From NCBI GenBank assembly GCA_013360215.1, contig JABWCP010000011.1:62001-89163 (forward strand): a DNA stretch of 27,163 nucleotides. The letters are read 5' to 3'. Positions within the stretch are counted from its first letter, which is position 1. Each line of letters opens with the position of its first letter. Of this stretch, positions 17,829-27,163 are shown one piece after another. The position numbers and the translations under genes were made by a program. Below the pieces are notes generated by a model. It did not search any database. It saw only the letters and a list, made by a program, of their open reading frames with translations, and was not told the origin of the DNA. Source of the DNA: a bacterium. Its GTDB lineage: Bacteria > CLD3 > SB21.

Positions 17829-19355
17829 ATGGCAGTTTCTGTAAGACCAGATGAAGTATCCGGCATTCTCAAGAAGCAACTTGCTTCTTTTGAACGCGAG
17901 ATGGATACCTATGAGACGGGTACCGTGCTGCAAGTCGGTGACGGTATTGCCCGTATTTACGGGTTGACCAAGGCCATGGCGAGCGAGCTGGTGGAATTTC
18001 CCAACGGCGTCGTCGGCATGCTTCTCAATCTCGAAGAGGATAATGTGGGTGCCGTACTTTTCGGCGACTCCTCCGGCATCAAAGAAGGCGATACCGTCAA
18101 GCGTACGGGCCGTCTTGCCGAAGTGGCCGTCGGACCGGAAATGCTCGGACGTGTCGTCAACGCGCTCGGCCAGGCTATCGACGGCAAGGGTGCGATCAAT
18201 GCCAAACAAAAAACTCTGATCGAACGCAAAGCGCTCGGCGTTATCGAACGTCAATCCGTTAAAGAGCCGCTTGCTACCGGTATCAAAGCCATCGATGCGA
18301 TGATCCCGATCGGTCGCGGTCAGCGCGAACTGATCATCGGCGATCGTCAGACGGGTAAAACCGCCGTTGCGATCGACACGATCATCAATCAAAAAGGCAA
18401 AGATGTATTTTGTATCTACGTCGGTATCGGCCAAAAAGAATCCACGATCGCCAAAGTGGTGAAGATTTTAGAAGATAACGGAGCGATGGCGTACACGACC
18501 GTAGTTTCGGCGGCCGCTTCAGAACCTGCACCGTTGCAGTTCCTTGCGCCTTATACCGGTTGCGCGATCGGCGAACACTACCGTGATAACGGTAAACACG
18601 CGCTGGTGATTTATGACGATCTTTCCAAACACGCCGTAGCGTATCGTCAGATGTCGCTGCTGCTCCGTCGTCCGCCGGGCCGCGAAGCGTATCCGGGCGA
18701 CGTATTTTATCTGCACAGCCGCTTGCTTGAGCGCGCCGCGAAACTCAATCAGGATCTCGGCGGCGGTTCGCTGACGGCGCTCCCGATCATCGAAACGCAG
18801 GCGAGCGACGTGTCGGCATACATCCCGACCAACGTGATTTCGATCACCGACGGTCAGATATTCCTCGAATCGAATTTGTTTTATTCCGGCGTACGTCCTG
18901 CGATCAACGTCGGTATTTCCGTGTCCCGCGTAGGCGGTAGCGCGCAGATCAAAGCCATGAAACAAGTGGCCGGCCGTCTGCGTTTGGAATTGGCCCAGTA
19001 TCGCGAACTTGAAGCGTTTGCTAAATTTGGTTCCGATCTTGACAAAGCGACACAGCAGCAGCTTCGCCGCGGTGCGCGTTTGGTGGAAATCCTCAAACAA
19101 GGTCAATATCAGCCGATGTCGTTTGATGCGCAAATCACCATCATCTATGCCGCGACCAACGGATTCCTTGATGATGTGCCGGTCGGTGATTGCCGTCGTT
19201 TTGAAAAAGAACTGACAGAGACGATGGAACTGCGTCACAAAGACGTTTTGTCGGCGATCATGGAAAAGAAAGAGCTGACGGACGACATCAAAAACAAACT
19301 GAATACGATCATCGGCGACTTCAAAGCCGCGTTCAAAGTTACAAAAGAAGACTAA
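17829..19355 (+). CDS. atpA: F0F1 ATP synthase subunit alpha
   Basis: GDGIAR, Walker [32 protein letters not shown] and [13 protein letters not shown]. Confidence 0.99.
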   Translation: MAVSVRPDEVSGILKKQLASFEREMDTYETGTVLQVGDGIARIYGLTKAMASELVEFPNGVVGMLLNLEEDNVGAVLFGDSSGIKEGDTVKRTGRLAEVAVGPEMLGRVVNALGQAIDGKGAINAKQKTLIERKALGVIERQSVKEPLATGIKAIDAMIPIGRGQRELIIGDRQTGKTAVAIDTIINQKGKDVFCIYVGIGQKESTIAKVVKILEDNGAMAYTTVVSAAASEPAPLQFLAPYTGCAIGEHYRDNGKHALVIYDDLSKHAVAYRQMSLLLRRPPGREAYPGDVFYLHSRLLERAAKLNQDLGGGSLTALPIIETQASDVSAYIPTNVISITDGQIFLESNLFYSGVRPAINVGISVSRVGGSAQIKAMKQVAGRLRLELAQYRELEAFAKFGSDLDKATQQQLRRGARLVEILKQGQYQPMSFDAQITIIYAATNGFLDDVPVGDCRRFEKELTETMELRHKDVLSAIMEKKELTDDIKNKLNTIIGDFKAAFKVTKED

Positions 19356-19367
19356 ACGGAAATCTTT

Positions 19368-19712
19368 ATGCGAAACGTACTGCTTCTTTTCGGTTGGGTG
19401 ATGTTGGCCGGTTGCGGTCCCAAAGAAATACCGGCGGAGCCGATGGCCACAATCACTTACGAAGTCATGCGCAGCAAATCGTTCCTCGTGGATGATGTGA
19501 AGTTCGAGGAATTGCCCGATGCCGATCTGGAACCGATCGTCAAAAAACTTGGTTTTACGCCGTCGGATTACCGGCATACCGTAAAACTTTTTGACAACGA
19601 TGCGGCCAAAAAAAGTGATCTGGCTGTGCGTATCGGCAAATTGCTGCAGAGCGACTTGGAAAAAGCAAGTCAGAACGATTCCACTGTTTTCAAACAACTG
19701 ATGACCAAATGA
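19368..19712 (+). CDS. Hypothetical lipoprotein (paralog 1) inside the atp operon
   Basis: Lipoprotein signal MRNVLLLFGWVMLAGC (lipobox LAGC). Starts 12 bp after the atpA stop; codon style resembles the atp genes. Confidence 0.8.
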   Translation: MRNVLLLFGWVMLAGCGPKEIPAEPMATITYEVMRSKSFLVDDVKFEELPDADLEPIVKKLGFTPSDYRHTVKLFDNDAAKKSDLAVRIGKLLQSDLEKASQNDSTVFKQLMTK

Positions 19713-20068
19713 AACGTATCGCACGCATTATTACTCTGATTTGTATCGGCGCGGCATTGTACGGATGTGCGCCCAAAGCGCAGGAAGTTCCGATGGAAAC
19801 GTTTGTGGACATCTGGATTCAGGCGCAGAGTGATTCCGCTTTCAAAGTCAAATACGCCAAACCTTTTGAAGAGGTCACGGCGGCGGATTTGGAAGCATTT
19901 GCAAAGCCGTACGGCTATACCGGCGCGGATATGAAGTTTACCACGTCGGAAATCATCAGCAAAAACAAAAACAAAGAAAACGAATTTCTGGAACGGATGA
20001 ACGAAGCGACGCTGCGGACACTCAATGAGAAGCCCGACACATCGGCGGTCATCGAATCCAAAAAGTAA
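19709..20068 (+). CDS. Hypothetical lipoprotein (paralog 2) inside the atp operon
   Basis: Signal MKRIARIITLICIGAALYGC (lipobox-like LYGC). ATGA overlap with the previous gene and a 9-bp gap to atpG. Confidence 0.8.
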   Translation: MKRIARIITLICIGAALYGCAPKAQEVPMETFVDIWIQAQSDSAFKVKYAKPFEEVTAADLEAFAKPYGYTGADMKFTTSEIISKNKNKENEFLERMNEATLRTLNEKPDTSAVIESKK

Positions 20069-20077
20069 ACACACACT

Positions 20078-20965
20078 ATGGCGACATTACGCGAAATCAA
20101 ACGACGCATCGTATCCGTCAAAAGTACGCAAAAAATCACCAAGGCCATGAAAATGGTGGCGGCGGCTAAACTCCGCCGAGCGCAGGAAAATATTATTTCC
20201 GCGCGTCCGTATGCTTACAAACTCGGTGCGTTGATCAAACATCTGGCACGCAATGAAGAAGTACAACAAAATCCGCTGATCAAACCGCGCGATGTAAAAA
20301 ACATCATGATCGTCGTCGTGACGGCCGATCGTTCCTTGTGCGGTGCGTTCAATACCAACATTATTCGTTATGTCAATAATCTGCTTAAGGGCGACCTCAA
20401 GTCCAAATTGGATAACAACAATGTGAAGTTGGTTACGGTCGGACGTAAAGGGGATGAGTTTTTTACCAAACGTCATTTTCCGGTCGTATTTCGTCATGCT
20501 AATTTTTTCAATCACCTCAATTTTGACGATGCATCGAAGGTGATCACATATTGCGTGCAGGAATATTCGGCCGGACGTGTGGATGAAGTGCATGTCGTGT
20601 ATAACGAATTCAAATCGGCGATTCAGCAAAATCTCGTGATGGAAAGACTTTTGCCGGTGGAACCTGAAAAAGTCGAATCGTCCAATGTGAAGTACAATAT
20701 CGAAACGGATTATATCTACGAACCTTCGCAATACGAAATCATCAATACGCTGATCCCGCGTCATCTGAACGTGCAGATGTGGCGTATTTTGCTGGAATCA
20801 TTTGCCGCCGAAATGGGTGCGCGTATGACGGCGATGGAGTCGGCAACGGAGAATGCGGGCGATTTGATTCGAACGTTGACCTTGTATTATAACCGTGCTC
20901 GCCAAGCCGCGATCACCAAAGAAATATTGGAAGTCGTCTCCGGTGCGGAGGCTTTGCGGAAGTAA
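20078..20965 (+). CDS. atpG: F0F1 ATP synthase subunit gamma
   Basis: MATLREIKRRI, KITKAMKMVAAAKL, DRSLCGAFN, ARMTAM and RQAAITKEILEVVSGA. Confidence 0.98.
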   Translation: MATLREIKRRIVSVKSTQKITKAMKMVAAAKLRRAQENIISARPYAYKLGALIKHLARNEEVQQNPLIKPRDVKNIMIVVVTADRSLCGAFNTNIIRYVNNLLKGDLKSKLDNNNVKLVTVGRKGDEFFTKRHFPVVFRHANFFNHLNFDDASKVITYCVQEYSAGRVDEVHVVYNEFKSAIQQNLVMERLLPVEPEKVESSNVKYNIETDYIYEPSQYEIINTLIPRHLNVQMWRILLESFAAEMGARMTAMESATENAGDLIRTLTLYYNRARQAAITKEILEVVSGAEALRK

Positions 20966-20988
20966 ATTTTTACGTAGAGGGATAGGGT

Positions 20989-22095
20989 ATGTTTAGGGGA
21001 TGTTCTTTGACAATACGTTACGTTTTTTTAGTCGCTACGATGGTTACGCGTCTGACGGCCGGAGAAGAAAATGGTGTCGGTTTTACATTTCTCGGAAGCC
21101 GTCCGGACGCACGTTCTGCGGCGATCGGTCCGATGGTGGCAATTCCCAATGCATGGTCCGCTTTTTACAATCCGGCGGGAATTGCTTTCGTTACCGGTTT
21201 TGATATGAGTCAAAGCACTAATGACTATATCGCAAACTCAACTATCAATTTTTGGACGTTGGGTTTGGGGCATTCACGTTTTGGGTCATTAGCTGTCAAT
21301 AATTACCTATTTAATTATCTGAGAACGCAGATTACCAACGAAGAACATCCGGATGGTACAGGTGAATATTATCATCCTTATGAAAAAGCATTTTCTGCGT
21401 CTTATGCGTATGCTTGGTCCGGTTGGCTTGCCGTGGGTATTTCTCATAAATGGGTCCGCGCTGATTATGGCCCGGTAACAGCAAAAGTACAATTTAATGA
21501 TATCGGTATTATGGCGCGCCTTCCCCTCGTATGGCTCAACACAAGCGGTTATCATCATGAGATGAGTGCCGGATTTAGCAGTATCAATAATCGCGCAGGG
21601 AAAAAACCGATATTTGAGGCATCAGGAAAAGCGATGACTGATCGGTTGTCTGGCGATAGTGCTTTTTGGTATTGGGAATACAAACCAATGAATACACCAA
21701 AATTTGACTTTTGGGCATTTGCTTATACACTTTCATACCAATCCGATGCGTGGCGCTTCACTGTATTCAAAGGTATGATTCAGTTAGTTTACAAAGATGC
21801 CAATTTGCTAGATGATGAACTGCGTATCGGAACGGAATGGACTATATTTGATATGTTGTCTTTGCGTGCACAGACTAAAAATTTTGAGAAACCAAAGAAT
21901 AAGCCGCAATACAAAGAAAAATTAATAGGCGGCGCGTACGGCGCTTCGGTGATTATACCTCTCAAAGCTTTAGCCCTATCGCAATGGGATATTACACCGC
22001 GTATAGATTGGACACGTAGTCGCGGGTTATACGAAAAACAAACGTACACGTATTGGAATTTTGGAATACAAATGAATTTTTGGAATACGAAATAA
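20989..22095 (+). CDS. PorV/PorQ-like (UPF0164/FadL-type) outer-membrane beta-barrel protein
   Basis: N-terminal FLGSRPDARSAAIG...SAFYNPAGIAF and ITNEEHPDGTGE resemble PorV-family motifs. It has alternating aromatic beta-strands and a terminal strand YTYWNFGIQMNF. Confidence 0.75.
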   Translation: MFRGCSLTIRYVFLVATMVTRLTAGEENGVGFTFLGSRPDARSAAIGPMVAIPNAWSAFYNPAGIAFVTGFDMSQSTNDYIANSTINFWTLGLGHSRFGSLAVNNYLFNYLRTQITNEEHPDGTGEYYHPYEKAFSASYAYAWSGWLAVGISHKWVRADYGPVTAKVQFNDIGIMARLPLVWLNTSGYHHEMSAGFSSINNRAGKKPIFEASGKAMTDRLSGDSAFWYWEYKPMNTPKFDFWAFAYTLSYQSDAWRFTVFKGMIQLVYKDANLLDDELRIGTEWTIFDMLSLRAQTKNFEKPKNKPQYKEKLIGGAYGASVIIPLKALALSQWDITPRIDWTRSRGLYEKQTYTYWNFGIQMNFWNTK

Positions 22096-22115
22096 TTTAA
22101 CACATATAGAATTAA

Positions 22116-23525
<1,410 letters not shown>

Positions 23526-23546
23526 TCGGTAAACGAAGGAAACATC

Positions 23547-23963
23547 ATGGATAATAATAAATATCATTTGGAAATCATCTCACCGCGCCATGTCGTGTTC
23601 AAAGGGGAAGTTGAGAGCTTTACGGCCCCGGGTGCGAGTGGTAGTTTCCAGATCCTCAAAAACCACACGGCTTATATTTCATCGGTACTTATCGGTGAAG
23701 TCAAAATCCGTCACACGGACGGGTATGACGAAATTTATGCAACGAGCGGCGGTTTTGTGGAAGTGGAACACAATAAAGTTACTTTTCTTGCGGAGACCTG
23801 CGAAAAAGTCAGTTCGATTGACTTGATTCGCGCTCAGGAATCTTACGAGCGCGCCCGCAAACGTCTTGAAGATCGTTCCAGCTACGATCCCGAGCGTTCG
23901 CGTCAGGCATTGCTTCGTGCGCGCAATCGTTTGCGTCTTGCGGAAAAATACAACAAACAATAA
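23547..23963 (+). CDS. atpC: F0F1 ATP synthase subunit epsilon
   Basis: LEIISP, PGASGSFQILKNH and SGGFVEV, with a C-terminal helical hairpin. Confidence 0.96.
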   Translation: MDNNKYHLEIISPRHVVFKGEVESFTAPGASGSFQILKNHTAYISSVLIGEVKIRHTDGYDEIYATSGGFVEVEHNKVTFLAETCEKVSSIDLIRAQESYERARKRLEDRSSYDPERSRQALLRARNRLRLAEKYNKQ

Positions 23964-23985
23964 AACAAGATTGTGTCTGATACAC

Positions 23986-24022
23986 AAAAGCCCTCGTAAA
24001 TATAACGAGGGCTTTTTGTTTT
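23986..24022 (+). terminator. Rho-independent terminator ending the atp operon (possibly bidirectional)
   Basis: 12-bp stem AAAAGCCCTCGT / ACGAGGGCTTTT with a 7-nt loop and a T-rich tail; it has an A-tract on the 5' side. Confidence 0.88.
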
Positions 24023-24085
24023 ATGGGACAATGCCCCCGGTAAATACGGAGCGATTTTCCGGGAACGATAGTGTGTCATATTACG

Positions 24086-24148
24086 CTCACGAAGGCGCAA
24101 AGTCAGCAAAGCGAAATTTAGGCCTTAGAGTCTTTGCGTCTTTGCGAG
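24086..24148. repeat. Imperfect inverted repeat (CGCAAAG-type REP-like element)
   Basis: CTCACGAAGGCGCAAAG (24086-24102) pairs with CTTTGCGTCTTTGCGAG (24132-24148): 16 of 17 positions, counting 2 G-U pairs. Confidence 0.55.
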
Positions 24149-24199
24149 AAGTGGTATTAGCTTTTGAACATGCAACAGATATTCTCATGCATACTTTCC

Positions 24200-27163
24200 T
24201 CACCGTATGACGGCGAATTTGACAAGTGATGTACCGGCCGATGATTCGATATGGGCGATATAGACACCTGCCGCGATCAGATGATTTTCTTCAGTACGCA
24301 GATTCCAGTACTCGGTGGCCGTGTAGCTATCCGGCCGTCCGTCGTCTGCCGAAGCGGTAGGGTCTTTGCGGCCGTTATCGGAGCGTGCATTGTGATGCAG
24401 AGTTTTGACAAGGTCCCCGGCGACGGTAAAGATGCGAATGGTACAGCGCTGAGGCAGGTGGGTAAACTGTATGCGTCCGGACTCCAGCGCACCGCCGATG
24501 CGCGTGTAATAAGGATTGGGCACAACGCGTATATCCTTCATGGATTTACGAAGTTGTTTATTACTCGTGACTTTCTGATCGGCCATGGTGGTAAAGGTGT
24601 ATCGGTCTTCATAGCGCAAAAGATGCGCCACACGGATTTTTAGCGTACCATTGTCCACCCAGTTACTGAAGATGGTGTGTCTTTCAGCCGCGGTGATCGC
24701 TGTCCCGCCGTCAGAAGCGGCACCTCGTGCTGTGACATATAAGCTATGCAGAGCGATAGCATAAGGATTGGGTGTTGCTGAAACAGCGTCGCCCCGGTAA
24801 CCCATCCACATCACACCGTAGGATGGGCGAGTGTACGGCGATGGAAAGAAGTTCATTGCACGCGTACCACCGCTGTAGGTATTGGTATCGAAGTACGTGT
24901 AGTTAAAACGGCCCACACCATTAAAGATGGTGTTTAAACCATCTAATGTCCATGCGTCAAAGTTATCACGGTCACGGAAGTTGACTTCGATCTGACGTTG
25001 TCCGGGGCGGGTGCGGTCTACATCATAAACCCGGAATGGCGCCAGTGTGGTATCATGGGAGGCACTCGTGCTGCCGGTACCATGCCGGTAGATGATCTGC
25101 CATTCACCGGGATTGCGGCTGAAGACGATGTCCATATCATGGCGCTGATCTTGATCAACACCTCCGATGCCCCAGAACTCTTCGGTGAATTCGAAAATAC
25201 CATTCCCGTACGGCAACCCACCGGGGCCGGAATACCAGCGGGGATCGGAGAGATTGTAAGATTGGAATATGCTGCCGATCGTATAGGTAATCGATGGTAC
25301 GCCGGTATGGCAATAGACCTGCACTTCAACACCGTCCACGATACCAAAGTCCTGCGGGGGATAGTCCGCTGTGCTGCTGTAGGATATAGCGGTGTGAAAG
25401 AGGGCATCATCATAGGCAGCATCGGTACCGCTGTCCCATACACCATTGCTATTGATATCAATGAACGTACGCGGATCATCAACACGGCTGGAGAAAGGAC
25501 GCACGCTCTGATCGGTAGTATCTATGACCCGGTAGGCGAGCTGTCCGGGCGAGTACAGCGCATCATAGAATACCGGAGAACCATTGACGGAGTCCGGGAG
25601 GTTGAAGAATTCGATACGATAGGTAGTGCTGCGCATCTGATCGGGGAATACATTGCGCAGACGGATCATGGCATCAGCGTAGCCGGCTATATGCGCGGCG
25701 GTATCGCTCAAGGCGCCATAGCCGCTGATCGTACCTGAGATGGCTTTCATGGGCGTGGCCGAGAGGATGTTATCACGCAGGGAAGATTCCTGGCTGACGG
25801 GAATACCCGAGGGCATACGCATCCACAGGCCATTGATCAGGACGCTGTCCGGCAGATCGATGTAGGGTTGTGCGTCGTAAGCGGTGACGGCGTAATAGTA
25901 GGTATGACCGTTGATCAGGGAGGAATCGCTGAAGGCGTAACGCAGTCCGGTGTTATCGCCCAGATGAACGGAGCGTGAGGTCAGGTTGCCATTTTCGTCA
26001 ATCTGACGTTCGAAGATAGTGCCAAGGGTATCGGCTTTGTCGAACTCGGCGATTTTGGTAAAGCCGCCTTGGATACCGGTGAGGCTGCGATAGACGCGGT
26101 AGCCTTGGAAGTCGTAGGTGATGTAGTCGGCACGGAAGCCATTGGCCTTGGTGATACCGGCATTTTCTCCGAAGTTATCGGGCACGGATTCGGCGTTGTT
26201 TTTCCAGGTGAGACTGATATTGCCGTCACGGGCGGAGATATCGCATTGTGGTGCATCCGGTGCAGAGGGCATGGTAAAGCCGCTGCCGGCCATACGCTGC
26301 AGATAGCTGTCGTTGGCCCACAGGCGGGCTACGGCGCTAAGGTGGTCATCTCCTGAGCCACCTACCACCGCCGCCCATATCTCCTGCGTGGAGCCGGCTT
26401 CCATACGAAACGGGCCAGTGGAAAGCAGGATACGTTTATCTGCTGGAGAGTTATCAATATTAGTGCCAACAAACGGATTACCGGGGAAAAGCCAGCGATT
26501 AAATGTACCATATGGGACAGAACCATCCGTCCTGAGACCTTGTAACATCCGATAACGTGCGAGGTTATTCTCCGGATCGTCATGAGGAAATTCATACATG
26601 GCGGTAGCCCCCATCCACACGGAGCCTCCACCGAGCGCACGCGGGATATATTTATTGGTTGAAGGATCGTAGGTGAGGATTTGTTTTTGATGTTGAAACT
26701 TCATGGCATACAGCGGGGCAAGACTATCACTGTTTACCAGAGGCCCTTGCAAAAAATCAAATCCTACCGCTAGAGGCGCATCCGTATTATCGTAGTTGTA
26801 TGCATATCCCAGTCCGCGAATCGAATCAGAGCCAAAAAGGTCGTTACCGGAATTGGCCACATCACAATCCATCCAAAGACCGAAGTACGCACCCGGGTAG
26901 GAGGTATTGGTTTTATTAGTGATCGTGTATTTTAAGATAACAGCATCCTCAAGTATGGGTTTATCAAAGACAAATGATTCGAGGGTGATTTCAAGACCGA
27001 GCCCGGGTGAGGGACTTGATATGTGCTCCCACGGGTTGAGTGTAGTATCCAGATCATTGAAGATGGCCCATGTTTGTTGATCAGCGATTAAAGCAGGATC
27101 ACCGTTTGCATCCAGTCCCGCCTCTTGTGGCCACTGATCCCAGTCCGTTCCACTGCGCGCCTG
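24200..27163 (-). CDS. Large secreted/surface protein with an FN3-like domain and a T9SS/FlgD-like C-terminal sorting domain (5'-truncated)
   Basis: The frame is open from the window end (QARSGTDWDQWP...) to the stop at 24200. It has an FN3-like region (ISLTW...FQGYRVYRS...YYYAVTAYD) and a DINSNGVWD Ca-binding-like motif. The C-terminus reads IRVVPNPY...IQFTHLP..CTIRIFTVAGDLVKTL...WNL...AAGVYI...KFAVIR. Confidence 0.8.
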   Translation of the reverse strand, partial: QARSGTDWDQWPQEAGLDANGDPALIADQQTWAIFNDLDTTLNPWEHISSPSPGLGLEITLESFVFDKPILEDAVILKYTITNKTNTSYPGAYFGLWMDCDVANSGNDLFGSDSIRGLGYAYNYDNTDAPLAVGFDFLQGPLVNSDSLAPLYAMKFQHQKQILTYDPSTNKYIPRALGGGSVWMGATAMYEFPHDDPENNLARYRMLQGLRTDGSVPYGTFNRWLFPGNPFVGTNIDNSPADKRILLSTGPFRMEAGSTQEIWAAVVGGSGDDHLSAVARLWANDSYLQRMAGSGFTMPSAPDAPQCDISARDGNISLTWKNNAESVPDNFGENAGITKANGFRADYITYDFQGYRVYRSLTGIQGGFTKIAEFDKADTLGTIFERQIDENGNLTSRSVHLGDNTGLRYAFSDSSLINGHTYYYAVTAYDAQPYIDLPDSVLINGLWMRMPSGIPVSQESSLRDNILSATPMKAISGTISGYGALSDTAAHIAGYADAMIRLRNVFPDQMRSTTYRIEFFNLPDSVNGSPVFYDALYSPGQLAYRVIDTTDQSVRPFSSRVDDPRTFIDINSNGVWDSGTDAAYDDALFHTAISYSSTADYPPQDFGIVDGVEVQVYCHTGVPSITYTIGSIFQSYNLSDPRWYSGPGGLPYGNGIFEFTEEFWGIGGVDQDQRHDMDIVFSRNPGEWQIIYRHGTGSTSASHDTTLAPFRVYDVDRTRPGQRQIEVNFRDRDNFDAWTLDGLNTIFNGVGRFNYTYFDTNTYSGGTRAMNFFPSPYTRPSYGVMWMGYRGDAVSATPNPYAIALHSLYVTARGAASDGGTAITAAERHTIFSNWVDNGTLKIRVAHLLRYEDRYTFTTMADQKVTSNKQLRKSMKDIRVVPNPYYTRIGGALESGRIQFTHLPQRCTIRIFTVAGDLVKTLHHNARSDNGRKDPTASADDGRPDSYTATEYWNLRTEENHLIAAGVYIAHIESSAGTSLVKFAVIR

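Noticed and set aside
18519-19724. 401-aa minus-strand ORF
   Set aside because: Antisense shadow of atpA and lipoprotein 1. It has no recognisable motifs and is explained by codon bias of highly expressed genes.
16541-22089. Identical 10-mer TTGGAATACG before the atpE hairpin and before atpD
   Set aside because: A repeated 10-mer is expected by chance in 27 kb and has no other support.
20955-22100. Possible target-site duplication or mobile element flanking the PorV-like gene
   Set aside because: Only weak AT-rich similarity at the ends (GAAGTAAATTT vs GAAATAATTT), with no terminal inverted repeats, transposase or integrase.
24114-24141. Minus-strand GACGCAAAG...GGCCTAAA resembling part of a c-di-GMP-I riboswitch
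   Set aside because: It lacks the upstream GNRA-capped P2 stem, lies 3' of genes rather than in a leader, and is better explained by the inverted repeat.
23866-24210. 114-aa plus-strand ORF after atpC
   Set aside because: It overlaps atpC, crosses the terminator and translates the palindromic repeat, so it is spurious.

Overview
A gene-dense bacterial chromosomal window, roughly 50% GC by eye. The sequence suggests a non-Bacteroidia member of the FCB group (for example Calditrichota, KSB1 or Ignavibacteria-like). This is an inference from a Chlorobi-like c subunit, a PorV-like protein, a T9SS-type C-terminal domain, and canonical sigma70 and Shine-Dalgarno signals. The left half is mostly on the minus strand. 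It carries a 3'-truncated DPP-IV/S9B peptidase missed by the ORF track, a TMEM175 K+ channel, a NUDIX hydrolase, a sensor-less hybrid kinase, an LpxL-like acyltransferase and rnhA. It also has an orphan YfiR-like gene (+) and an fdhD / propeller sensor kinase / methyltransferase / SufS-like enzyme / NarL-LuxR regulator cluster. The right half is a probable single transcription unit of about 11 kb, running from a near-consensus sigma70 promoter (13052-13080) to an intrinsic terminator (23986-24022). Its order is M23 peptidase, bactofilin, atpZ, atpI, atpBEFHA, two paralogous lipoproteins, atpG, a PorV-like beta-barrel, atpDC. A 5'-truncated large protein with a T9SS-like C-terminal domain converges on it. 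The most unusual feature is this F1Fo operon, which has three cell-envelope genes embedded among the F1 genes and a cell-shape module at its head. I recognised no rRNA, tRNA, CRISPR array or transposase.
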